Notes under the pieces: generated by a model
Database searches by the model: none
What the model was told of the DNA's origin: nothing
The model's input: only the letters and a program-made list of their open reading frames with translations
Made by a program: the position numbers and the translations under genes
In this document: in pieces, positions 40,301 to 52,300 of the stretch
How positions within the stretch are numbered: position 1 is the first letter of the stretch
How the letters are laid out: every line of letters starts with the position of its first letter
Assembly: GCA_964106645.2 (NCBI GenBank)
Contig: OZ067046.1
Origin: Podarcis pityusensis
Taxonomy: Eukaryota
DNA length: 64,000 bases
Strand: one strand, 5' to 3'

Positions 40301-43300
40301 AAACAGGATCAAATGCCCAGGTGGATGATGTACTTTGTCCTTACCTGCACTCCCATGATAACTTGTATGGGACAGAAGGCTGAGTCGCTTCTCTAACTGC
40401 AAAGCTTCATGGGCCACTCTCTCTTCCGTGCATGCAGGATTTATGCTGGGGTCTTTAAAAAATCAAAACCAAAGTGACAAATCACAACTGAGGCCTAGCT
40501 GTAAAAAAAAAAATGCTTCCACTTTAATAGTCTAAGTAGAGCACCTGGAGCAAGCATCAAGGCTGCCTGCGAACCTTAAACATGAGCACTTTGTTGCTTT
40601 ATAGTCAAGGTACTGGAGTTCTGTTCTTTCCTGCCACCCAAAATCTTTACACATAGCATCAGAAGGGGAGGTTTTTAATATCAGCTGCTAATAACTCCCT
40701 CCAGGAATGGTACCTCGGGTTACAGACGCTTCAGGTTACAGACGCTTCAGGTTACAGACTCTGCTAACCCAGAAATAGTACCTTGGGTTAAGAACTTTGC
40801 TTCAGAATGAGAACAGAAATTGTGCGGCGGCAGCAGTCAGAGGCCCCATTAGCTAAAATGGTACCTCAGATTAAGAACAGTTTCAGGTTAAGAACGGACC
40901 TCCAGAACGAATTAAGTTCTTAACCCGAGGTACCACTGTAAAATGATAAATTCATAATTCCTTCTTGGCAAACAATACTTGTTCTTCCATTTTCCAGTCA
41001 GGAATTTCAGTAATTATTACAGTTAATACATTTGTAAAAAGATATTTGAATAGCTAGACATCAATGCTATTTTCACCATTTATCAGATATTACTTTCCCT
41101 TCAGTGACAACCATGCCCTCATTTAATCTGGTAGGATGCACAAATTTTAATCTAGGTTGTTGAAGACCACACAGTGATTTCTTGAACCACTTTGAAGTTT
41201 AAGTGTTAATGTTCTAAATATTTAACAGCTGAAATCCTATGCACACCTATCAGAAAGTGAGCCCAATTGAGCCTACTGGGATTTACAGCTGAGTCAACAC
41301 TTGTAGAATTGGCCTGTAAATCATGTTTCTTCAAGGTTTGTCTCATTCTATGAGATACAACTGAACTAATGATGCTTGGACTAAAAATTTGGGGTGCTAA
41401 TAATGTATTCATGTATTTCAAACTACACAATATGATTGTTTCCTTCTAACCAACCAGTTGTTGTTGGCATCCATCTGTCTCGAGAGACAATGGAGTCTGC
41501 CTCCAGGGGTGAAGTCTAACCTTTGCGTTAACAGCACCAAAGTGACCTCCAAAGGGTGCAAGAATGGGCAGTGTGTCTGGAGGTCCTGGGCTGCCCAGGC
41601 AACAACCCGCCCCCTTGGCCTCGCTGAGGTGGTCCAAAGAAAAGCAGAGCAATATGTTTGGCATCAGCTTGGCTGCAGGAGTTGCTGGAAGGAGTGTATC
41701 CAACCATCTTAGGGACTCCACTCTGGATTTGTCTAGGGTTTACTCCTGAGACTTTTCTTCTCCCAGAGATATCCCAAAAGGCAGCGGAGGTTTAGGATCA
41801 GAATTTTGCTTCTCCGAGGTTGAGCCCCATCTGTCCTTACTTCCCTTGACAGCAGTCGCTGCCTTCTTGACCATTGGCCCACTGTGGGTCTCTTCTGCTC
41901 AATCCACCAGAGCCTGTCTTCACATGCAGGGCAAGTCCCTAACTCACCAAGGATTTAAGATCCATTGGCTACCCTCACTTGGTTTAGCCTGCCAGCCAGC
42001 CGTTCTCAGGGTGTAGCACCACTCTATTCTGCCTTGGTCAGACCACACCTGGAGTACTGTGTCCAGTTCGGGGAATCACAATTGGATATTGAATATTGAC
42101 AAGCTAGAACATGTGCAGAGGAGAGTGACCAAGATAATCAAGGGTCTGGAAACCAAGACTGATGAGGAATGGTTGAGGGAGTTGGGTATGTCCCATGGAA
42201 GATGAAGCAAGCTTGTTTTCTCCTGCTCTGGAGGATAGGACTTGAACCAATAGTTTCAAATTACAAGAAAGGAGATGCCAACTAAACATCGGGAAGAACT
42301 TTCTGACAGTAAGAGCTTTTTGACAGTGGAATGGACTTCTTTAGAATGTAGTGGACTCTCCTTGGAGGTTTATAAGCAGAGGATGTTTGGTCATCTGTTG
42401 TAGTTGAGATTCCTGCATTGCAGGGCATTAGACCAGTTGCCACTTGAGTCCCTTCCAACTCTACAATTCTATGATCCTATGATTCACCTGATACTAAACT
42501 GAACTAATAGCAATGCTCTTGATGGTTGCCTAGCAAGGAAAATTTTTGCTTTCAAAATTAATTACCTGGCAACTTCCAATTATGTCAAAGTTTAACAAGT
42601 TAATTTTCAGAGTAGTGTGATGCAACTCAACTCAACATCTCAAATTAAAGTTGGGTCCCCCTCTAGCTTTTTAACATTTATAAACATTTATGCAACTATA
42701 TGGGACACAGGTGGCGCTGTGGTCTAAACCACAGAGCCTAGGGCTTGCCGATCAGAAGGTTAGCAGTTCGAATCCCCGCCATGGGGTGAGCTCCCATTGC
42801 TCAGTCCCAGCTCCTGCCAACCTAGCAGTTCGAAAGCACACCAAAAAGGGCAAGTAGATAAACAGGTACTGCTCCGGCGGGAAGGTAAACGACGTTTCCG
42901 TGCGCTGCTCTGGTTTCGCCAGAAGCAGCTTAGTCATGCTGGCCACATGACCCGGGAAAACTGTCTGCAGACAAACGCCGCCTCTCTCGGCCAGTAAAAC
43001 GAGATGAGCACCGCAACCCCAGAGTCATTCGCGACTGGACGTAACTGTCAGGGGTCTCTTTACCTATGCAACTATATATATACCTTTTATTTAGACAATC
43101 CAAGGAAAAATGTACATGTAATTGTATTTTGATGTTTAATGATGACAAACATTTTATGCATCCAGAACCTCTTATTCCAATCAAAGTGAAATATATTATA
43201 CAAGCTAAACTCCCTTGTTACATGGTTATGCACAGTGCTATTTTTCTAGAAAAAGAGGTGCCAGAACTCACTATAAATGCACCCCTTGTTCTCTTATAAT

Positions 43301-46300
43301 GGCAATGGCGCCTACCTGGGAGGTGCTGGAACTGAGTTCCGGCTGAAAAAAGTGCTAGTTATGCTATACATCCAAAACTAACCTGGCAGGACTGGACGTA
43401 GACCAAAAGGGCCTTTCATTGGAGAGATGCCATGAACAATGCAATCAAAGAGAAAGCTGATCTTTTCTCCTTCCATGCAAGATAAAAAAAACACACCAGC
43501 CCCTGAAAGAAAGCAAAACGTTTAGGACGATTTTAATTCTGGATGAAGGACACATTGGCATATTTATGCAACATCAAAAGAACCTAAGGAGCAATCTATA
43601 TGCTATGCTGGCTCTAGAATTGCTTCCAGAAAGATCTTATCCTTAAGCGGTCACATTTCAGAGGTTCTTAACCTGTGTACCTGTGTACAGTGTTTCTGTA
43701 CTAGACCAAAGCACTATAATAATATGGACTTGTGGTTGCTGTTTTGGTCAAATTCCTGAACCAGAGAGGAAAAGGTGCTATCTTGCGCTACATTGTGAAC
43801 TTTTGTTTGTGAAGGGCAACACATTATTGGGCTCTTGTCTTAGTGGATAATTAAATATAGCAAAAACCACATAGTTGCAGAAGGCTTTTTTTTTACGGTG
43901 GTTTGGACACAATGAAACAAGAACCCGATCTTCTATCAAACATTTTGAATATATTATTACAGTCTAGAATGAATAGTGATAAAATGCTTTCAAAATGAAA
44001 TTTTAACTGCCTTTCCTTTTTAAATATTATTTTACTACTTATTTTTTTTCTAGAAATAATCCAAAAAGTCTTTTTTATTATTTCATTGACAAAAATGATT
44101 CTTAATTTTTCAGTCTGTTTCAAGTATCCCCCCTGAAACATTATCTAATATTTATCCACATTCTAGACATAGGAATAAAGTGAGTGAAATCTGGATATTA
44201 AGGCTCCAGGAAACCACACAATCCCTAAAATAGTCCATAGGGTTAGCTCCCAAATCCTGTAATAAACTGACATGGACTGGTTCACAGCTGTTTCAAATGG
44301 GGTATTTTTATTAGGAAATATTTTAATGACAGGGAGACAAAATTCTTTTGCAGGGGATCTGTTTCCTGCCCCCCCCCAACACCTGTTCTGAGGTGAATTT
44401 TGGAAAATTCAAACTCATAAAAATAGCTGCCTCCTTTGCTACTCACTAGGGGGAGCCATTATAGTGGACAGCAGTTGAATATCCATTAAAAAAACCAACA
44501 TTTTTACAGAGTAAGAATATTGTTCTTCCAACAGCTCAATTTAAAAATTCTTTTTTAAAAAAACTTGGAAATCCCTTTGAAAAAAACCATTTCTTTCTTT
44601 TAAAAAATTACCTTGCAAAACCCAAAATATGCTTTATTTAAAAATAGACTCAAGAGTTTGTGAGTATGCTAATAAATCAGCAAAATCAATCACTGAATCA
44701 AAGTTAAACAAAGCGGGAGAGGCAATTGAAATTAACTGGGTAAATTTCACAATGTTGAGTCAAATCATTATTTCTGTACAAGGAAGATGGAAGGCTTTCA
44801 GAAAGTGTATAAAAGAGATTCTCCAAGCTTATTCTGAGAAATTTTGAGAATGCACAGTTCCCTTGCTCCCAAAGGGACTACAAAATTCCCTGGCGCCTAA
44901 ACATTAAGTTCGGGGGGGGGGGCATTTGCATAGGTCTGTTTGAACTGTGATTAACAAAAAAATGGGAAAATACACTATTTTGATTGTGTGTGTGAGTGAG
45001 AGAGGGAGGGGGAGAGGGAGAGAGAGAGAGAGAGATTTGCTTAGCTGTATTGAAAGGTTCATCCATATTCATATTTCAATATTCATATTTCAACACAAAA
45101 ATCAAACCTCACAAAAATTCATTTTACCTCTAATTTATTGATGTCTACAATGCCCTATGAATGCTCTACATTACTTGACAGAATAATGTTTTTCCAGTTC
45201 TTGGAAGAGAATACATTCATTATCAAAGGGGCACAGCTAGCCAATGTGACTAAAAGCCATAGAACGGGGTGGGATATGTCAAGCTGTGCAAATAAACCTC
45301 CCCTTTCTGAGAAGAATGCACATCCACACAGTTTCACAGCCCCATAGTTGTTCACAGACATAATAGAACATTATATTTTAGGACCATTTTGCCACTTTAT
45401 TTGCAGCCCTAATATTTTTAATATATATATTCTTACATACAGATCCCTAACTGATGAGATGCTATCATCCTACAATTTTCTATATTCAAAAAGCTAATCA
45501 AAATTTAAGTGCAGAAAACTCACAGAAACCACACCGAGTTCCTCCTTCAAAGACAAATCCATTAGGAACAGCTCCGTAGCGTCGCAGATCTGAGAGTTTC
45601 CATTGTCCCATGATAGAGGGTGGGTTATCTTTTGCTAGTACTAGGATATCATTGCAAAAGTGGAGAGTTGCTGGACCACTCTCCAGTTTAGTTCCTGGTG
45701 CTACCACAACATGAAACCTGTGAACTATCAGAAGGAGGGAGAAATGAAAGTACAAGAGATTAATTTAATCATTTTGCCAAAAATAATTAAACAGTAATGG
45801 GACGCGGGTGGCGCTGTGGGTAAAACCTCAGTGCCTAGGACTTGCCGATCGCATGGTCGGCGGTTCGAATCCCCGTGGCGGGGTGAGCTCCCGTCTTTCG
45901 GTCCCAGCTCCTGCCCACCTAGCAGTTCGAAAGCACCCCTAAGTACAAGTAGATAAATAGGTACCGCTTTACAGCGGGAAGGTAAACGGCGTTTCCGTGT
46001 GCTGCGCTGGTGCTGGCTCGCCAGAGCAGCTTCGTCACGCTGGCCGCGTGACCCGGAAGTGTCTGCGGACAGCGCTGGCTCACGGCCTCTTAAGTGAGAT
46101 GAGCGCACAACCCTAGAGTCGGACACGACTGGCCCATACGGGCAGGGGTACCTTTACCTTTAATTAAACAGTAAAATGCGCACGAAGACTGGTTTCATTA
46201 CCACTAACATAAAAATGTTCATGCTAATCCATGTTCATATAATGACGCTTAGCAAGGCTACAAGACATAAAATAAAACTTGGTGCTGGTAACCTCTTTTC

Positions 46301-49300
46301 CTGTAATTTCATTACAATTTTATTTTAATTCTATTTTTAAATATATAACAGCAAAGGGCTGAATATTTTAAGAGCAACTCATTTACTCTGATGGCTCATA
46401 GGGAAAACAAAGAACTTCCAACTACAGTTGTACCTCAGGTTACAGACGCTTCAGGTTACAGACTCTGCTAACCTAGAAATAGTACCTCGGGTTAAGAACT
46501 TTGCTTCAGGATGAGAACAGAAATCGTGTTCTGGCAGCGCAGCGGCAGCAGGAGGCCCCATTAGCTAAAGTGGTGCTTCACGTTAAGAACAGTTTTAGGT
46601 TAAGAACGGACCTCCAGAATGAATTAAGTACTTAACCGGAGGTACCACTGTACTGAAACAATCTTTTTCATATTTCACAGAAAAAGACATTAATTTAATG
46701 GCAACAAAGGGAAGGCTGCATTTTAACAAGATGTGAAGTTGGGGGGGGGGGGGAGAGAAAAAGAAGAAGAGGAGTTTGGATTTGATATCCCACTTTATCA
46801 CTACCCGAAGGAGTCTCAAAAGCGGCTAACATTCTCCTTTCCCTTCCTCTCCCACAACAAACACTCTGTGAGGTGAATGGGGCTGAGAGACTTCAGAGAA
46901 GTGTGACTGGCCCAAGGTCACCCAGCAGCTGCATGTGGAGGAGCGGGGAAGCGAACCCGGTTCACCAGATTACGAGTCCACCGCTCTTAACCACTACACC
47001 ACACTGGCTCTCACTTATACTCAAGTCGCAACTACAGTGGTACCTCGGGTTAAGTACTTAATTCGTTCCAGAGGTCCGTTCTTAACCTGAAGCACCACTT
47101 TAGCCAATGGGGCCTCCTGCTGCTGCCGCGCTGCCGAGCACAATGTCTGTTCTCATCCTGAAGCAAAGTTCTTAACCTGAAGCACTATTTCTGGGTTAGC
47201 GGAGTCTGTAACCTGAAGCGTATGTAACCTGAAGAGTCTGAAACCCGAGGTACCACTGTATTCAGAAAATCTGCTCTCCATCAAGTGAAGTCCATCAAGT
47301 GAGTTATCATCTCAGTGGTACAGGGACACTTGCAGGGGAGAAATAAACCAGCAAGAGAGAGTGAAGCAACACTCCTCTTGCAGCTTTCCCCTTACCTAAG
47401 CCTACTTCCAGTCTTAGAGTCACAGATGGTTGAAATGACCTAGGGGGCATCTGCATGGGAGAAGTAGGGAGTGGGAATTAAGCATCAACAGATGGAGATA
47501 TTGGTTAAGAACCCCAATTTTTCCTTATAACACAGCTTTCTGGTGTGCCAGCTTCAAGCTCCTGCATATCAGCACTCATATTCAGGTAGATCCGCAATGG
47601 TGTGTAAAATGCTGAGACCATCAAGCTTCATGAGACTGACTTTTTTACATGACAGCTATGGATGAAGTAGTCATGACAACAGCCCCAAGATAGGATTGGG
47701 GAAACTCTGGTCCTCCATTTCTCCAGATGTTGTCGCACTCCAACTCCCATCAGCCCCAAACAAAGATGCGATTTCTAGTGCAATAACATCTGGAGAGCCA
47801 CAAGTTCCCAATCTCTGTCCTGAGAGATGCTATAAAAAGCAAAAGAAAAGAGGGACAAGTAGCCAAACTAATTGTAGAAGGCAACCAAGGACCAGGGAAC
47901 CATCATATGTTAACAATATCATTGTAAAAAAACAAAAATAAAATAAAATAGGATAAGGGGAAGCATGATTCAACCAAAACACAAAGCAAGAGTTGTGTAG
48001 TCTCTGAAGCATAGTGGACTCACAATACTTCTGGACCAATGTGGGATGGCTCAGAGCTATGAGATAACTCCATGTTATTCACCTTCACAAAAGCAGAGGT
48101 ACATGAATGAATTTGCTGATATGTATAAATGGTCACTGATGCTAGGTTTACAAAGCCCATGGGAGCCAAACAGTTGTTTAGGTTTGCACATAAGCTAGTA
48201 AAATTGTTAATGGTTTTTTCCCCCCCTCTCTGGTCTCAAAGCTACTGTATTTTTCGCTCCATAAGACACACTTTTTTCCTCTTAAAACCTAAGGGGAAAT
48301 GTCTGTGCGTCTTATGGAGTGAATGTGTGGTCCCTGGGGCTGGGGGGCGGGAACCCGGGCTTCCCCCGCCAGCCCTGGGAGCAGCGGGCAGGCTGCGCGC
48401 AGATGCCCCACGCTCCTGAGCAGCTCTGGGGTAGCCCGCGAAGCCTCCACAGGGCAGTGGGATGAAGGCTCCCCGCTGCCCTGCAGAGGTTTCGCGGGCT
48501 ACCCCAGAAGCCAGAACAGCTAGAGAAAGTGCTGCGCAGCGCTCCCTCTAGCTGTTTTAGCTTCTGCCTTAGCGGCGCAAAGTCTTCGCAGGGCAGCGGG
48601 GAACCTTCATCCTGCTGTCCTGCGGAGGCTTTGCGCGGCTATCCCTGGCTTTTGCAGGAGGTGGCCCCCAAGAGCCGCGCTCCCTTTAAAGAGCCGCACG
48701 GAGTGTGTGTGTGGCTCTTGGGGGCTTTTCCCCGAGGAGGGAGACGGGCTACCCTTCTCCCTCCTCAGGGGAAAGCCTGCAAGCGCCGCACACACGCTCC
48801 GTGCAGCTCGTGAAAGGAAGCGCTGAGCAGAGCCTGGGATGCATACAGGTTCTGCTCAGCACTTCCTTTAATTAATTTTTTTTTCTTGAATTCCCCCTCT
48901 AAAAACTAGGTGCAACTTATGGTCAGGTGTGTCTTATGGAGCGAAAAATACGGTATATCACAAAGTACTTCAGAAATTCCCTTATGCACCAAAAGCACAT
49001 TCCTGTACACAATATTTTTGCTTTAACCAAATGAACCATATGTTTAAAGGAAGCAAACATTACCTTCACCTAAACTGTAGCGAATGCGCAGATCCCAGGC
49101 ATGCATGGTTTCCTTGTTTTCAAAGCCCAGCATAACAACTTGACTCAAACAGATGATGGCAAGAGTGTGATTCAGACCCTCATAACAAAGCCCAGGATCC
49201 AGGCCACAGATGTCTTCCAAAGTCACGCTGTTCCTCTCCTTCAGCCCCTTCAGTCGTTCAGATCTTTCCTTGTATATAAGCATAAGCAAGCAATCTGAAA

Positions 49301-52300
49301 GATGGAAGCCTGTGATCAAATACAAAGTATGGATGCATTGCAACATTTATTCTCACGCTGATCAGAATTTATCCTTAGTATTAACCAGGACTCATTTCCT
49401 GAAACATTTCCTAATCAGATAATATAGATGATAAAGCACCATATATAAGCACTTATCAGATACAAAAGGAATAATTACAGGTACTACGCTAATTCAGGTG
49501 TGCAAACATTGCCATGTTCTACAAAGCCATCTCACCTTGTGGAAAAAATAATTCCACCACTCCGCAAGATTATCAACATGAATTTATGGGTTAAAAACAA
49601 AATCTATGTCGTTATCCTAATGCTATCTTTTGTTAGCTATTCAGAAAATAAACATATATTGTCTATATCTCTTCCCAGTTCTGTCACTGTGACTGTTCTG
49701 AAGAAAGCAGGAAAGAAATCACCCTCATTTCACATGCTACTACCAAAACACTAGAATGAGAATAATTATTTATTTCCATATTTTCAATGCACAGGCTTCT
49801 TTTTTCAAACGTTCTTATCATGGTATCAGGGGACTGCCATCGGAACAGGGGAGGGAGGCAGGGGGATACAGAGAGCCTCCGATGCTTCTGAGGAGCAGCT
49901 CCTCGTCCAGCAGTGGGGAACCCACACCTCCAGCGGAGAAGAGAGGGAAGGGGGCAGCCAAGCAAAGGGAGGGCTCGAAGATGCTGCTGAGAGCCCAAGC
50001 GCCTCACCTAGCCCGGCTGGCCAGGAGGCACACATAACATTTCCGTCGCCCAGCTTACGCAGAGGGGTGAAACGTAAAGAGGGGAGGCAGAGATTCAGGG
50101 TGTCTAAGTTCTTGTGTTGGGGGAGAAACCGGAAGGGGCCACTCCCGGAATCTGCAAGTGACTAAGACGGACATGAACTTTGTGGTTCTGCACTGTAAAT
50201 AGTTTGCACCAATAAAACCTGTAAAAGACAGGTCGGAGTCCTGCCTGGTTACTCACGAGCAACCACCACCCGCACCTGACACATGGTTTATAGACAGTAT
50301 AATAAAATAAGCAATTTAGCATTTAAACAATTAAATGCTCAAAGTCTTGTGGTGTTGTCACTTAGACTTGTGGTTGGTAGTCTCTCTGAGTCTTTAGTGT
50401 TGACTGAAGACCTGAGAGGACTGGCACTGTGTAGCCTTTTCTTCTTCTTAGGCAAGGCTTTCTTCTTTTCATTAGTCACCATGAGGACCTTCTTTAAGGA
50501 ACTACCGAAGAGCTTCACTCCTGAGAAAAATGGGCCTACGAAGTGGAAGATGGGATCCACATCTGAGTGATGGAGCTGCTAAAGGACCACTGGCTGCCAT
50601 AGATCTTGCTGCGAGGTTTGTGGTATTAAGTAACAAATATGGGAGAAGCAGCTCCTGTTTCCACCCTAGCAAATGCTGAGTTACAGCACAATCCTATTCA
50701 TGTCTACTCAGAAGTAAGTCCGACTGAATTCATTAGGACTTATTTTCAGGTAAGTGGGACTAAAGTTGCTTAGTCACTGAGGCCTCAAAACTCTTATTTA
50801 AAACCAAGTCAGTGCATTTTCATATGCGAATCCTTTGAGGTTTCCCCTATAAGGCAAACCCTTTGAGGCCTCCACCACTGCGTTGTACCCAAGGGTACTA
50901 CATCCTACCCATGTCACTGAGAATAGGGGAAAGTGTAGTTTGTCACTCCTGAAGATAAGCCAATGGTGAAGTCAAATGGAAGAAAGCCCAAGGGCAAGAG
51001 CAAGGGACTGCAACTTCGCAGGTGTCTATTGCCTATTATGCTTGCTCAGCCCTGAGAAGGGCAGCAAAGGCAGGAGAGAAAAATGGGAGTAAAAACAGAA
51101 AGGCTATGAGGAATTGTACCTCCTTTTGATAGAATCATAGAGTTGTAAGGGACCCCCAAGGATCATCTAGTCCAACCCCCTGCAAATAATCCCTGACAGA
51201 TCCAACCTCTGTTCAAAAACCTCCAGTGAAGGATACTCCACCACATTCTGAGATAGCCTATCAGAAAGTTCTTCCTGATGTTTAGTTGGAATCTCCTTTC
51301 TTGTAATTTGGATTCTTTGGATTGGGTCCTGCTCTCTGGAGCAGGAGCAAACAAGCTCACTCCATCTTCCATGCGATTGACAGTCCTTCAGATATTTGAA
51401 GTAGGCTATCATATCTCCTCTCATTTTCCTGTTTCCTAGGCGAAACATACCCAACTCCTTTAACTATTCATCTTAAGGCTTGGTTTCCAGACCAGATCAT
51501 CTTGGTCGCCCTCCACTGCACATGTTTCAGCTTGTCAAAGTCCTTCTCAAACTGTGGTGCCCCCTCTGCCCAGTTGTTCCTCTCTGCCCAGTCCACTTGA
51601 ACTTGAGGGGATGGTGTAACAGGATAGAGAAAGGGGCAGGTGTACTTCCAGTTCATCCACTTCCCTGCTGCCCTAGACCAACAGAAAAGGCCAAGGAAAA
51701 TGCCTTCCTGCAATCATGTAGTTTAGGAAAGAAGCAGACAGCTCAAGCATACCCTCTCCATTCTTGTCTGCCAAGTGCTCCCCAAAGAAAAGCAAGCCCC
51801 AACTGACTCCTTTGAAGAAATGGCAGGGTGGGGAGAAGTAGAATAATTGCCGCAAAACGATGTAGCATCTGCCTTATCTAGACTCTGCTTCTCCCTCCCC
51901 ATCACAAGCCAGAAACAGATGGCAGAAAAGACTCAGCCCCCACAGAGCTCACCTATCTTCACCTGCAACATACTTTTTAAAAGAAAAAAACCTAAGCCCT
52001 TGTTGAAGATGTGTCATTAAAATAAAAGAGAGCATAAAAAGAAGAGCACAGATCCTGCTTTTGAGATGTAAGGAAGGGCAATTCTGGAGACTGGGATCTC
52101 CTCTCCGGCAGAGGAGTCAAAGTTCAAGCCAGCCTTATCTCATTCTGATGCAACAAGGGTGGGAGGATTACCCTGAAATGTCTAGAGCATGTCCACCTTA
52201 CTAGAACTGGGCAACCATAAAGATCAGTTACAGGTCATTTGGGGGGGGTGCTTTCCTCCACTTTTACTTTTTATTTTTAATATTGAGAACCTATTGGCAC

